Source: an uncultured Collinsella sp.
GTDB lineage: Bacteria; Actinomycetota; Coriobacteriia; Coriobacteriales; Coriobacteriaceae
DNA: 64,000 nucleotides
NCBI GenBank assembly: GCA_902475375.1
Contig: CABRZC010000002.1
Location: forward strand, 3,024-67,023
Reading direction: 5' to 3'
The position numbers and the translations under genes are program-made. Below the pieces are notes generated by a model. That model had not been told where the DNA came from, ran no database searches, and saw only the letters and a program-made list of their open reading frames with translations. Shown piece by piece: positions 1 to 12,800 of the stretch; the first letter of the stretch is position 1, and every line of letters starts with the position of its first letter.

Positions 1-1
1 T

Positions 2-673
2 CTCGACCCCGATATTGCTCGTCGAGTCTCCGCATCGATCGCGCGCAATCTGGGACAGGCAACCACGTATAAAACGATTCTTATGGATATGTTCGGTGCC
101 GAGGAGAAACCCGCAGCGTTTGCCGATGAGACCAAGGTGCGCAGGTACCTGGATGCCCTCAAAGGCATGTTTATTCTCGAGGAGGTTCCCGGTTGGGTTC
201 CCGCCGCGCGCGACAAACGGCGCTTTACCGTCAAGCCCAAGCGCTATCTGGCAGATCCGAGCCTTGCTTGCGCCTTGCTAGGTATGTCCTCGCAGGCGCT
301 GCTTGCCGACTGGCGGACATTCGGTCTGTTGTTTGAGAATTTGGTCATACGCGACCTTTCGGTCTACGCACGTTCGCTCGACCTGCTGGATAGCACGCCC
401 GTGCGCTATTATCGCGACGATTCGGGTCTTGAGTGCGATGCTATCGTGCAGCTAGCCGACGGACGGTGGGCCGCCTTTGAGATTAAGGTGAGTGAAGATA
501 AAGCGAACGCCGGCGTCGAGAGCCTCAAGCGCGTTCGCAAGAAGGTCTGTGGAAATCCTCGTTCACGCACACGCGAACCGGAGTTTATGGCCGTGATTGT
601 GGGGGTGGGTGAGTACGCCCGCGAGGTCGAGGACGGTATCTACGTGATACCCGTTCGCGCGTTGGGGTGTTAA
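2..673 (+). CDS. AAA-ATPase family protein, DUF4143-type C-terminal part (5' end lies outside the window)
   Basis: The frame is open from nt 2, with no stop before the first Met at 83. Segments such as RYLADPSLACALLG, ECDAIVQL and AAFEIKVS look like the C-terminal DUF4143 half of COG1373-type ATPases. This is recognised from memory, not searched. Confidence 0.6.
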   Translation, partial: LDPDIARRVSASIARNLGQATTYKTILMDMFGAEEKPAAFADETKVRRYLDALKGMFILEEVPGWVPAARDKRRFTVKPKRYLADPSLACALLGMSSQALLADWRTFGLLFENLVIRDLSVYARSLDLLDSTPVRYYRDDSGLECDAIVQLADGRWAAFEIKVSEDKANAGVESLKRVRKKVCGNPRSRTREPEFMAVIVGVGEYAREVEDGIYVIPVRALGC

Positions 674-712
674 GGGGCGGCACGCCGTGTGTCCGCTGCC
701 CGGTGCCACGGA

Positions 713-777
713 TTGGTGCAAGGGGGCCAGGTTTGTTTGCACCATGTTGGTGCGAAGTAACCTGCCCCTTGCACCAA
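713..777 (+). terminator. nested stem-loop downstream of the DUF4143 gene
   Basis: TTGGTGCAAGGGGGCCAGGTT (713-733) pairs with AACCTGCCCCTTGCACCAA (759-777), with one bulge. The loop contains a second hairpin, GCACCA-TGT-TGGTGC. A T-rich stretch follows (GGGTTTGACTTTT). Confidence 0.4.
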
Positions 778-956
778 GGGTTTGACTTTTAAGACATCAT
801 TAAGGCTTGCGTTGTGGAGCGAACCGCAGGTCAATGCTATTCTTTTACCTTATCGTATGGTGTTGTATTCTGCCTGAATTCTCTACCTGCGAACAACGGA
901 TAAACGCGACCGAGCGGAAAAGGATGGCACGCCCGCAAGCAGGGCAAACGTAAGCG

Positions 957-1994
957 ATGAGTGGCATGGACCGACATAGCGAGCTCCAGCAGCACAAGAC
1001 GGCGGCCGAGTACCGCCAAGCTGCCGACGAGCACGTGCGGACCCTCAAGGATTTCTGGAAGGATTTCCTGGTGAGCGGTCTGTTTGTGCTGGCCGCCATC
1101 GTTGCCATCTTTGCATGCCTGGCCTGGTTTGCCGCGAACAATCGAGTGAGCGCCACGGGGAGCACGATCGGGGCGAAGGCGGGGCGGTACACGCTGACCG
1201 CCGCGGGCGAGGGTGAGTCCGGCGCACACGTGGGCTATTACGAGCGCTCCGAGCGCACGCCCGAGGAAAAGGATGCCATCGATCGCCTGGATACGACCGA
1301 CGCCATGACGGTAACACTCGGCTCCAACCTGAACAACGAGACCGCAGGCTCTCTGTACCCGGGTGCTCGCGGCAAGATTACATTTACGGTGAAGCCGCTG
1401 GTGAGTGACCTGGACGGGGTCACGATCAATCTGTCGCGCTTGCTTAAGGTCACGAACATTGTTGGCGTTGTTGGGGACGGAGGAACGCTGGCGCCCGAGG
1501 CGGAGGCGCTCCTTGGCTTGATCAAAGGCCATGTACTGTTCTTTACGAGCTGCGACCAGAACGGGTATTACTCGGGCCGCGTGATTGATAGCAAGATCGG
1601 GATTCACAAGAGGGCATTTTGCGAAAACGGCGATGTGACCAGGCCAACGAACAAACCCGTCACCATCAATCTGTACTGGGTATGGCCGGAGTACTTTCAG
1701 AACTTCGTCCTTACCGGCAACACGAATTACTACAAGAATCTGTTTGCGGCGGCGGGCGACGCCAAGTCTGACTACGGCGCTCTGCAGGCGGACATGAACG
1801 CGCATAAAGCGAACTACTTCTATGGCGCGGCAAACGGCACAAGTGCTGCCAACGCTCCTGCGGTTTCGTCTAGCATGTCCTTCAACGACACCGCCATCTG
1901 CTCGGCGCTGTACAACAATGCCGACGAGCAGATCGGCAATAAGGTCAAATACATCCAACTTAGAATTAGCGCTCAGGAGGGCGTGAGCTCATGA
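957..1994 (+). CDS. exported/membrane-anchored protein, candidate TasA/SipW-type signal anchor (P1)
   Basis: 345 codons. A charged N-terminus is followed by a single hydrophobic helix (LVSGLFVLAAIVAIFACLAWFAANN). The remainder is beta-rich and N/T/G-rich, with a LYPGARGKITFTV segment. The stop codon overlaps the next start (ATGA at 1991-1994). Confidence 0.6.
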   Translation: MSGMDRHSELQQHKTAAEYRQAADEHVRTLKDFWKDFLVSGLFVLAAIVAIFACLAWFAANNRVSATGSTIGAKAGRYTLTAAGEGESGAHVGYYERSERTPEEKDAIDRLDTTDAMTVTLGSNLNNETAGSLYPGARGKITFTVKPLVSDLDGVTINLSRLLKVTNIVGVVGDGGTLAPEAEALLGLIKGHVLFFTSCDQNGYYSGRVIDSKIGIHKRAFCENGDVTRPTNKPVTINLYWVWPEYFQNFVLTGNTNYYKNLFAAAGDAKSDYGALQADMNAHKANYFYGAANGTSAANAPAVSSSMSFNDTAICSALYNNADEQIGNKVKYIQLRISAQEGVSS

Positions 1995-2782
1995 GCACCA
2001 TGCAAACGCGCCTCGGCGATGCCCGCAATTGGATAGAAAACCACCGCGCACAGGCCCTTGCGGTCCTGATATTGCTGGCGGCAATCGCTCTTATCATCGG
2101 CTTGTCGCTCTCGTGGTTTGTGGGCAGCAAAAGTCTGTCTACGGTGGGCAAGATCCAAACGCCCGCGCAGCTTAAGATCATGGGTCCCAACCAGACAAGC
2201 ATTGAGCCCGTCGAGATTTCGTATGACGAGTCGCGCGGCGATGTTAAAAACATAGACGGCACCGTGACCATTCGTCGCGCGTTTTGTGTGCAGAGCGACA
2301 ATGGCGATCCCGCTGCCGGCGGTCAAGCGTTTGAGCTGCAGGTTGCCAACACAACGAATATCACGGGGCTGACGATCAACGTATATCACGTGACGGTCAA
2401 TAATCCGAACGATAAAAACGGCACCGTGGTCGGCCTCGACGGGCTCAACAATCCGTATTCGTGGAGTAAGGGCAAACTAATTTCGTTCGACTTTATCAAT
2501 AGGGATGAGACAAACGGCCTGGCTAAAGAGCTCGCCAGCAATGATCCAACGTACGGTACTTATAAGGACGTCCAGAAAAACGCCCGTCCGCTGTATCGGT
2601 ACCACGTGTTCCAAAAAGACGATCTAGACGGTTGGAATGGCACGAAAGCCAACGATGCCACCAACTTTATTGTTGAGTGCACGTGGAACGCGGATGGCGT
2701 AACCGTGGGTGGTGCCAAGGTCTCAAACGTCAAAGAGACCGACATGGTCTACCTAATCGCTCGCGGCACGAGCGGCAACTAA
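1991..2782 (+). CDS. exported/membrane-anchored protein, candidate SipW-type signal anchor (P2)
   Basis: 263 codons. The SD sequence AGGAGGG lies about 10 nt upstream. One N-terminal helix ends in LSLSWFVGSKS. The start overlaps the P1 stop, suggesting translational coupling. Confidence 0.65.
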   Translation: MSTMQTRLGDARNWIENHRAQALAVLILLAAIALIIGLSLSWFVGSKSLSTVGKIQTPAQLKIMGPNQTSIEPVEISYDESRGDVKNIDGTVTIRRAFCVQSDNGDPAAGGQAFELQVANTTNITGLTINVYHVTVNNPNDKNGTVVGLDGLNNPYSWSKGKLISFDFINRDETNGLAKELASNDPTYGTYKDVQKNARPLYRYHVFQKDDLDGWNGTKANDATNFIVECTWNADGVTVGGAKVSNVKETDMVYLIARGTSGN

Positions 2783-2805
2783 TAGCAGGAAGGGAGGGGC
2801 GCCAG

Positions 2806-3780
2806 ATGAGGAAAGACAAGAACGCACAAAATGAAATCGCAAGGCCTGCCGGAAAGCACTTTGCACAGGTTGATGATCATGCGGCGAAGTCTGCCTTGGC
2901 GGAGCCTGCTGCCCCTAATTCCAAAGTGCGCAAGCGCCTATGGGCGGTTGCGGTGCTGCTATGCGCCGTCGCGATTGTGGCGGGTACCCACCTTACTTAC
3001 ACGGCCTTTTTGGCGGGCGACTTCCTTAAGTCGGTCGCTGTCTCGGGCACGTCACAGGCGCTGTTTGCCTCGGACATGCTTACGGGCTACACGAATGAGA
3101 CGCTGAATGACGAGGGTATTGCCGTCCGAAGCGTCATCGCCGACACGAGTGGGGAAAAGTGCTCTTTTACCTTTCGCATTTACAACCATCTGCTGGGCGA
3201 CAAGAACAAGGTCAACGACAAGGACGTTAACGCGACGCTGAGCGTGAAGGCGACGGGAACGACAGATTGGAGCATAAGCGGTTCGCCCGCGCTGACGGCG
3301 GGCGGCACGGTCGGCCTTTCCTTCCCTGCCAACAAGGCAACCATGTATACCTATAAGGTTACGTTTTCCAAGGCGGACCTCAACAAAGCATCTTTCACCG
3401 TTAAGGTCCAGGTCGGCTCCAATAGCCCTGGCACCAACCTTAAATGGCTCGCCGCCAAGATTGCGCCCGCCGAACGTGCAGAGGTGACGGCTTCGGGCGT
3501 TTCGGGCGAGTGGGTCGATAAGAACTCGGATATCAACGCTTTCGACGCTTACAACTATCGCGTGACCGTTACGGGCGCGCCAACAAAAATCAAGCTTACA
3601 TGGGGCGACAAGGTTGAGCTTGACCCATTTTTGACGACGAATCATTCCGACGCGACCCTTGATGGAAGGTCGGTTACGTTCACCATGGATCCCGGGTCGG
3701 AGATTATTACCTTTTACCGTGCGACGGATACCGCGCCCGGCAGCTGGGATGACATCGGTGTTACGTGCAGGGCTGCGTAG
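2806..3780 (+). CDS. exported/membrane-anchored protein, candidate SipW-type signal anchor (P3)
   Basis: I chose the ATG at 2806 because AAGGGAGGGG lies 6-15 nt upstream. The track ORF starts at 2677, inside P2. The N-terminus reads KRLWAVAVLLCAVAIVAGTHLTYTAFLAGD, close to the GT.AYF.D junction of SipW-cognate signals. Confidence 0.65.
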   Translation: MRKDKNAQNEIARPAGKHFAQVDDHAAKSALAEPAAPNSKVRKRLWAVAVLLCAVAIVAGTHLTYTAFLAGDFLKSVAVSGTSQALFASDMLTGYTNETLNDEGIAVRSVIADTSGEKCSFTFRIYNHLLGDKNKVNDKDVNATLSVKATGTTDWSISGSPALTAGGTVGLSFPANKATMYTYKVTFSKADLNKASFTVKVQVGSNSPGTNLKWLAAKIAPAERAEVTASGVSGEWVDKNSDINAFDAYNYRVTVTGAPTKIKLTWGDKVELDPFLTTNHSDATLDGRSVTFTMDPGSEIITFYRATDTAPGSWDDIGVTCRAA

Positions 3781-3844
3781 GCCAACCGCAATCGGTGATT
3801 TTGAGACCCCGCACGGGGCATGAGATAGAACGAGGTAGGACCAG

Positions 3845-6800
3845 ATGAGAACGGCAAAGCGCATAACAACCGCATGCCTGACTGCGATCATGATTTTCCA
3901 GGCGCTCGCGCCCTCCACGGAGGTGTTCGCGCAAGAGCTCGACGCCGTTATGGAGGCATCCGTCTCCGCCGCGCGCGCCGCGGGCAACACGGCGCGCTCC
4001 GTACAGGATGCTGTGGCCACCGCGCTGCAAGATGCTGACCAGGCTACATCTGATGATGTCGCAACGACTCCGGGCGCCGACGCTGGCGCCACCGAGGGCG
4101 GCGACGGTTCTACCAACGCTGGCGAATCGCAGGACTCCACGACCGATGGAACCACTAACGGCGATACCCCAACGGAGGGCGACGCGTCCCAAGACGATGC
4201 GGCTGCCGATGAGGGTGCTGCTGACGGAGAACAAGCGGATGACGCGGACGCGGATGCTGCTGATCAGGCAAACACCGCCCCCACCATCGCTACTGTCGAG
4301 GATCTCAGGCACGCGTTGGGTGACGGCAATGTCATCACTGACGACTTGGGCGCCGTCACGGCCATCACCTTCGGATCCAACGCCGACCTTATCGCCATCT
4401 CCAACACCGACCCCGCCATCTACCAGAACGCGAGCATCTACAAGACCGGCTTGAGCGGCGTCGACTTCGACGTGTGCAGCGCGCAGGCCGTGGGCGACCT
4501 GGGCAATCTCGCGTTCCAGGGGTTCGGCAGCGATGCCCACCCCTTCAAGGGTACGCTCGACCTGGGCGGCAGGTCCCTTACCGCCAACAAGACGCTCTTC
4601 AACAACATCGAGCTCAACGATAACAACGGCACCGTAAAGCTCACCTGGAAGGGCACCGATGCTCAGCCCATCGTGGCCGCAAAGGTCACGGGCGCGGGCA
4701 AGACGCTCAGCGCTGCCATTACCGTAGACAAGCCCGAGAGCGGCGATACGAGCGTCGTCAAGCTCACTTCGCCGCTCGTGGGTGAGGTTACGGGCGAGCT
4801 CACGCTTGACGCCACGTATTCGACAAGCGCGAATAGCCCCCTGGCGATTGGCATGCAATCGTCCACGGGCAATCTGGGCCTACTCGCGAACACCCTTACT
4901 GCAGGCGCATCTCTTACGATCGCGGGGCTGAATGGCCTGCCGAAGAGCTTCAACGGCACCCCCACCATCGATGCTACGGGCGCTGGTGCCAATGCCGGCG
5001 GCCTTATTGGCGAGGCAGGCGAGGGGGCTGCCGTCACCCTTGCTTCGAATGTCGATGTTTCGGCACTGAGCGTCGCGGGTAATAATGCGGCGGGCGGCCT
5101 TATCGGTAAGGCGACCAGGCTTACGCTTGCCGTAGATACGGACAACAGCGGAAAAGATGCCTCGGGCAAGGATATCAGTATCAAGCCAGCGCACTCGGTT
5201 GGGTCGTCATCAGCCGGTACGTATGCCGGCGGCCTTATCGGTGACGCCTCGTTTGCCAGCGATTTCACTATCGAGAATGGCACCTTCGATTTTGGCGAGG
5301 GCGTGGCGCTCAGTGTGGCCAACACGACCGCCGCCCCCTCTGTCGGTGGCCTGTTCGGCGTGCTCGACATCTCGAACGGCGATGTGACCGTAAACGGCGG
5401 ATTGTATAAAAGCACGCTGCAAAACGGCGCGGACAACAGCAACAACAACGGCGTGCGCGGGAACTACGGCGGCTTGGTGGGCAAGCTGTGGGGCCAGAAA
5501 TACGGCGACGCACTGCACGCGTTCACGGTGAAGGGTGGCGCTGAGGTGTCGTTTGGCGTGGGCTCTAACGGCAAGCTCGCGTATGCGGGCGGCCTGGTAG
5601 GCTACCTTGGTGAAGGCGGCGGGAGCGACAATGTGTCCGCCGTGGTCATCAGTGGCGCAGCGGTGACGTGTGCAACCTCGGGCTACGCCAGCAACAACGG
5701 CAAATACGGCGGCGCCGTGGGCGTCGTGGACACCAAAAACGTGCTGGAAGTGCGCGGCCTAACGGTCAAAACCGCCAGCGGCGCTACCATCGGCGGCACA
5801 AACGGCGGCTTTGCCGGAGTCGTTGGGTCGTCGTGGCTCGGCATCGTCAAGTTCAGCGGTATCACCGACCTGTCGGATGCCGCCTTCGTGGAAAATGATC
5901 ACACCGCGCAGCTGATTTATGAGAACTTCAATTCACTGATTTTTGCTGCCGGTAGCGGAAGCGACAGAGGTGCCACCGTAGGCGGTACCACGGAATGGCA
6001 ATACAAGCGTCCCTCTAAGCCGGTCAAGATCGATGACATCTACAGCTACGGCCAGGTTATTCGCCTGGGTGATAGTTTTATTACGCTGAACCCGACGACA
6101 CACGAGCTGACTCTACCGGCACCGTTGGAACTGACTAACGGCGTCTATGCTCTAGCCTCGCTTGAGGATTTCGCCAAGCTTGCGATTACCTGGCAAACCA
6201 ACGGCTACTACTCAATGGTCGAAGGCGTTACCGAAAACAATCTGAATGGTTTAAAGTCCTCGACCATTACGGTGAACGGCACAATTGACCTCAAGGGTAC
6301 AGGCCTGACGGGCTTCACTCAGGACCGCGCAAACGACTCGCAAGTTTTCTCGGGTACGTTGAACGGCGGCGGCACGATCAAGCTTGCTGTCGGTGAGCCT
6401 TACGGCATGCGCGGGAACGCCCCTCTGGGCGCCGACGACATCAGTGCCGGCAACGGAAAAATCTACCGTCACGGCCGCCTGGGCTTGTTCGCAGCAATCA
6501 ACGGCGCAGCCGCCAACAGCGAGACTGTCTCCAACGTCACCATCGCTGGCTCCATGAGGTTCGATAACGGCTCGGCAATCGAGGCTGGATCGCTTGCGGG
6601 CGCCATTGCGGGTGGTCTGACGCTGTCTGGCGCAACGTGCGAAACGAATATCGCATGCGATGATACGTTCACCAACGATGTGAACATTGGTGGTATTGCA
6701 GGCAGCGTGTCGGCAGCTTCTACGGTTACGTTTAGGGACAGTAGCAAGGCTCAAGCGAGCATCACTGCAACTAAAACGCTTAATGGCAACAGCCGTATTG

Positions 6801-9800
6801 GCGGCGCCATCGGCTATGTGGGCAATTATGTCTCGACATTCAACGTTACGGGCCTTGAGGTCAGCGGAAAAATCGAGACCGGCAATTGCACCAGCGGCAA
6901 GATTGCCCAGGTCGGCGGTCTTATCGGCTGCATCGCACAGAGCACCTATGGGGCTGATGGGGCAATAGCCAACTCGGCCAAAAAGGACGTTAACATTACG
7001 GGCCTTTCGTTCAACTCGTTCAAGATGGGAGTCGGAAAGAACGGCGATAAGCTCAATGGCGTGGGCGGTCTCTTGGGTTATAGCTGGGGCAACGCGGTCG
7101 TAACTATCGGAGATGACAACATTAACAAGAGTGAAAACTCCTATGCTTTGAAAACGACCAACGCTTCTATAATCGCGACTGTGGATGATTCCAAGGAGCT
7201 TGGCGGCCTTGTATACGCAGCCAGCGGTCACTGGATTATCAACAACTACGCCATCGATCTCTCGGGCACAAAGATTAATGCAGGCGCCGCTCAGACGCTC
7301 GGCGTTCTAGTTTGCCGCGGCTGCAAGGTGGATGATAAGACGACATATGGCGTCGAGAGCTACCTAGGCCTGTACTTGGAGGACAGGGCTTATTGGGATA
7401 CCGCCTATAGGGTGCCCACCGGCGAGGGGGCCATCGTTGCGTCGGGCGTAACGTCCTTCGATGAATGGGTTGGCAGCGGTGTAAAACCAAACAACGGCAG
7501 CAAGCTCATGGACGCCGACTGGAACACGGTCGTTTCGCTACACACACAGAAAAACAAGCTGGACATGGACGGCGATTCCACAAAAGACAACAGCTACCAT
7601 AATCGCTCGTCTTTCGGTCGAAGCCAGAATACGAACGGCAATACCCGCTACTTCTACAACCTCGACATAGCCTCTAAGAATTGTGAAGGCGGCTTTAGTG
7701 GCAGTCAAATCGATACAGCGGACAAGCTGCTCTTATGGTCTGCTTTCTGCTATGCTCCCGCCGGTATTCGTTCGACAATCGTTCCCGATGGTACGACAGG
7801 GCTCGATGATTCCATAACCATAACGGGCACAATCGATTTGGCCGGCTACAGCTACTATCCCACTCAACCGATCGGAGAGGTGACGGTTAATAATGCGGCC
7901 ATCACCTTCTACTACTCCAAGATCAAGGCCGAGCAGAATGGCAACAAGCTAAACTCCGATGCCACCCAGCACGAGAACATGCACTGCGGTCTTTTTCAAA
8001 CGGTGGCAGACGGCGATCTCACAGTAAGCAACGTCACTTTGGGTGGTACCGTTGGGCCCGTTATCAATGACGGAAAGAGCTCTACTGACGCTATTGGCGC
8101 GGGCGGAAGCTCATCGGGCGCGCTCGTGTGCCGCTACGTGTATGGGTCCAGCGACGGCAATGGCACCAAGATTAGAAAGATCTCAATTGATGATCTTACA
8201 CTCAACAATCTGATTGTCGACGGCGCCAACAGCGCCACGGACGCTAACGCCTATATGCCTCTGCTCATCAACGAGATGCAGAAGTACGTGAGCCTGAACG
8301 CGAAGAATATCAAGACTACTGGGTACACGAGTGGCACCAAGGCGGCTACGTCGCTGTTCGGAAAGCTTGGTGTAGGCAGTGAGGCCGATCAGGTGACGGC
8401 GAAGTTTGAGCAAATCAGCTTGCCCAGCCAAGAGAACAATACGATCTTCACCCATGCGAGCCTGCTGGAGAGTTTTGGCTACGGAAGCACGAGCACGGGC
8501 TCTGCGGACTACACCTTTACTAAGGCCGATGGCGATGCGGGCAAGGTGACCTACGGATCCGAGATTGATGGGAGTACGGAGTACCCGGGCAAGCAGCTTT
8601 GGTATTACGACGAAGCGACGTATGGTGCCGTGAGCGGCTATGTGACGGTTGATGGTAAGAAGGACGGTGACGTCAGGCCTTGGTTCGGTGACTACCTTCC
8701 TTATGTTTACAAGGGAAAAGCCGCCGAGGATGGCGTCCAGTATCACGAAATTAAAGTCAACCAGCGCATTCCAAAGCTGGTAATGGGATGTGGTACCTAC
8801 GGCGATCCTTATTCCGTCACAAACGCGGCGGAGATGAATGCCATTGCCAACTACATTAATAACATGACGGCGCTTGACGGCTGGGAGGTCACCATTGTCG
8901 CCGACCAGGGTAGGCTCTGCACTCGCCGCAGCAGCGATCACTCGACCGACAATGAGGTTACGTACGTCTACAAGCAGGCGAACGGTACCGATAATAAATG
9001 GGAGAAGAAGACCGGAGACGCGTCGACCAATTCCCCGCAGACGCTGAGCGACGAAACCATGCACCGCTATATGCAGAGCGCGTATTACAGCATCGAGCCT
9101 ACTGAGGGCAATACGATTACTCTCGACGGCGCATCGTTTGGCGGTTTTGGAAATAGGGCCAACCCGTTTAGGGGCGTCATCGTTGGCAACTTTGGCAGTG
9201 ATAATAAAAACGCAACCATCAAGATAGAGAATAACGAGGGTTCGCTTCGCGGCCTTATTCCCTATAGTTACGGCAGCGTGGTGCGCGATCTGAATATTCG
9301 CTATGTGAACGCGTCGGCGACTATTACTTATTCTGCCAAGGATGCCGACGGCGTTCCGACGGCGTTTTTCGGTGGCGTTGTCGGCTGCATCCTTGGTGGC
9401 GATAACATTATCGATGGCGTGGTCGTTAATGGGACGACGGCCGAAAACCCTACAACGGGATTTACCGTCACGGGCGGTGGCGACAAGCCGCATCTTGTTC
9501 CCATTGGTGGCTACGTCGGTGCCATTGCGGGTGGCGGCGTGATTTTCCGCAATATGGACAAAAGCGGAAAATCTTCCTGGCGTGCTGGAACTGGTGACAA
9601 ATCTCGTGGTCTGGGAAAGGGCAACTTTGATCTCTACAACAATCCCTACGTCGGTCGCGTGATTGATGGCTATGCCTTTAGCGAGGGCTGTAAGGTTGAA
9701 AACGGTAACGCTAACTACCAGATTAACGAGCTCACAAAAAAAAGAACCCCCTGTGTCACCACCACGGGCACCGACAACAAGTACCTCGGCACTAACGCCG

Positions 9801-12800
9801 AGGCTCCTGTGACCATGGTGAAAAACGCCCAGGGCCTTTTGGTGCTCTCGGCCATCATCAGCTCGGGTGCGGGTGCTGGCGCGGCACATACCAACTACTC
9901 CAATAATGGCGTGTTCCGCGGTTCCAAGGCTTACTGGGGCAGCGATTCGCAAGACCCGGCGATATGCGGCTACCTGTTTGGCAACAAGGAATATGGCAAG
10001 GTACGGAATGCTAACTACGCAAATGTGGGCAAGCCTGAGAGTGCTGCCGGCGATTTCGAAATCGCCAAAAACGACGACCAGAAGGCCCCCGGCAAGCAGG
10101 GGTGGCACGGCCCGCTCGACCATGATGACGATGTAAATTCGCCCTACCTGGTGGCGTCCTACGCTGCCGACTACCAAACGGGCTATGTGTGCGCGTCGAA
10201 ATCGATCGGCATGAGCTTGGAGTTCAAGCAGGGCGACACCTACGATATGACCGACTACGGCACGGGGTACGTGGGCCTAAACGGCCGCTACTATTCCAAT
10301 GCCTGCAATTCGAACCAGCCGGGCACCGACCGCGACCGTATTACGCCGCACGTAGCCACGATCGACGGTAACGGCGCCACCATCACGGTGGGTACCGAAG
10401 GCACCGTCTACGGCGTCGTCGAATACGCCGACGACGACTATAAGGTCTCGGGCGTGGGTGGTCTATTCAGCACCGTGATGTTCACCTCCACCAATGTGGG
10501 GCAGAGCGTCACCGCGAACGACGGCGCGCAGGTCAAAGACCTCACCTTTAGCAACTGCAACGTAGCGCTCACCTATATCGACACCAACGGCGAAGCCAAA
10601 CCAGGAGAGGCGCCGAACGACCTTACCGGTGCCGGCCTTTTGGCGGGTGCAACGGCCAACTACGACGACGGCACGTGCGGCATCTACCGCAACGTGCAGA
10701 TGAAGAACTGCACCGTGTCGGGCGCAAAGAGCGTAGGAGGGCTTCTTGGCAGCTCGGGCCGCGCCAGACGAACTACGAGCGAAGACAGAGCCTATATGGT
10801 CGAGTTCGGGGACGGGTGGGGCCCCGCGTATCTCTATGACTGCTCATACACTGGCCTTAACGTCACGGGCGAGAAGAATGTCGGTGGCTATGTGGGTACG
10901 GTCGCCTCGGCGTGCGGTGTGTGGACAACCGCAGGCACAGGGGTGAGCGAAAGGACTGTTGGCAAAAACTCGACCATAACTGCCACAGGGACAGTGCCCT
11001 ACGTGGGCGGCGTGCTCGGCTATGTCGAAAGAAGCGATATCTCGGTCAACACCAACATCGGCACCACCACAGCGGCCCAGTCGTCATGCACGGCGGTCAT
11101 CTCTGGGGTAAACGTGCTAGCCACCGGGTCGAACTCCGATGACCATATGGGCGCCGGCGGCGTGGTCGGACGCGCCCGTGGCGGCGTTATTTCTATGAGC
11201 AACGTGCGCATTGATGGCGGAAACGGCACCGAGAACGCCGTCATCGGCGATAAGGCCGGAACGAACAATAGCATCTACAATGCGGGCGGCCTGATTGGTG
11301 AGGTTACGAGTAGCGGTAGCCCCAACAAGTACTGGTTCGACGACTGCAGTGTCAAGAATGTCAGCATCGCCGGCACCGGCAAATGCTCGGGCGGGCTTAT
11401 CGGCTACTTCTTCAGCAATGTGAATATAGCCTGCAACAACATCGCGATCGAGAACGCTACGATTAAGGGTAACTGGAGCGGCGGTCTGCTGGGCGCGAAT
11501 AACGCGAGTAACAGCGGATCCGTCGTCATCGACGTTACCAACACAAAGGTATCCAACACCACGTTTAGCGAAAGGTCCAACGGCGGCATTATGGGCGACG
11601 GGCGCGGCCAGTTCCATCTGTTAAACGTGCTCATGGACAGCAATAGCTACAATGCGGGCAAAACCCAGGGCGTACTCTTGGGCGAGGTTGACACGGGGGA
11701 TGGTAAGTACAGCCTTTCCGCAGCGGGCGTGGAAGTAAAGCCCGGTAGTGGCAAGACCACGAGCGACCTGCCGCCGATGGTTTACACGACCAATACGAAT
11801 ACGGCTGCTGTTAACGAGAAAACTTATATTGCCTTCGGCGACTACAACGGCACGGCTGCCGCGCCCAACGAGAACAAAACGCTTTACGGCGCAGGCGATA
11901 CTGCTACCACGGCAACGAGTCCGTACGTGACCACGAGGCCCGTGAGCACGATGGCGGTGCGTGCCTCCGACGGCGACACCACCGACCGCTACCTGTTTGG
12001 CGACGGCGCCGCCATTGACACCGCGACGACCATCCAAAGCCAAGCGGGTGCCCGCGTTCCCGGCCGCTACACCTACACCAACATCGCCGGCATCAATGAT
12101 GCCGGCGCATACCAAAACACGAGCACCTATAGCGCGGACAGCTCGCGTAGCACCTATAACGCTAACAACATTACTTCGGACAAGAAGGCCAAAACTGACT
12201 TCCCCGTGCTCGTGATTCCGGGCAACGATACCACGACGGTGGAGAGCTACCTGAACATCGTGACCAATGGCGGCTTCTCCGATGCCTGCCGCCTCAACGG
12301 CAGCACCGCGCATGTGACCGCCACCGCCGAGGTCTTCTCGCTCGCCGATAACGGCACCTTCGTCAAGGACGTAGCCGCCTCGCAAGCGCCCACGCTCAAG
12401 GTGCTCAACAATGGCACGAGCTCTATGGCATTCCGCGCGAGCACCGACTGGGACAATGAGCAGGGGCGCTTCACGCTGCTTACGGTCACCTTTAGCGAGG
12501 CCGGCCAGAGCTATCGTGTACAGGTACCCATCATCGTCAAGCGCATGCTCGAGATCGACTTTACCGCCACCTACTCCGAAGGTGCGAACTTCAAGGCTGC
12601 CGACTATGCGACAAAATACGACAAGCACGTACTTGTGAGCAGCGGCGACACCATGACCGGCTACCTTACCTGGACCTATGGCAGCGCTCGGGGCAAGCCG
12701 GTCGATTACGGCTGGAACACGCTGCTCGAAGCCGGCGGCTCTATGGGTCCGCTCAACAAGAGCATTACCTTCGGTGCCACGCTGCCCGAGGGTACACAGC

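Noticed and set aside
15-281. 88-aa track ORF in an alternative frame at the window start.
   Set aside because: It overlaps the frame that carries the DUF4143-type sequence, which is open from nt 2, and its product is Arg/Pro-rich.
2677-2805. Upstream extension of the third small surface-locus gene. The same issue applies to 52608-52760 (7TM protein), 25567-25632 (ABC ATPase), 43382-43444 (NRAMP) and 57708-57944 (lipoprotein).
   Set aside because: The extensions overlap the preceding gene or a terminator hairpin and encode Arg-rich sequence. In each case a downstream start with an SD sequence and a sensible N-terminus (signal anchor, lipobox or Walker context) exists.
8183-10177. 664-aa ORF antisense to the giant surface-protein gene. 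Similar long antisense ORFs occur at 3052-4155, 3761-4858, 6251-7231 and 11621-12841.
   Set aside because: The translations are Arg/Gly/Ala/His/Val-rich with no recognisable motifs. They lie exactly opposite a gene with strong protein-level support. Long open antisense frames are expected by chance in high-GC DNA.
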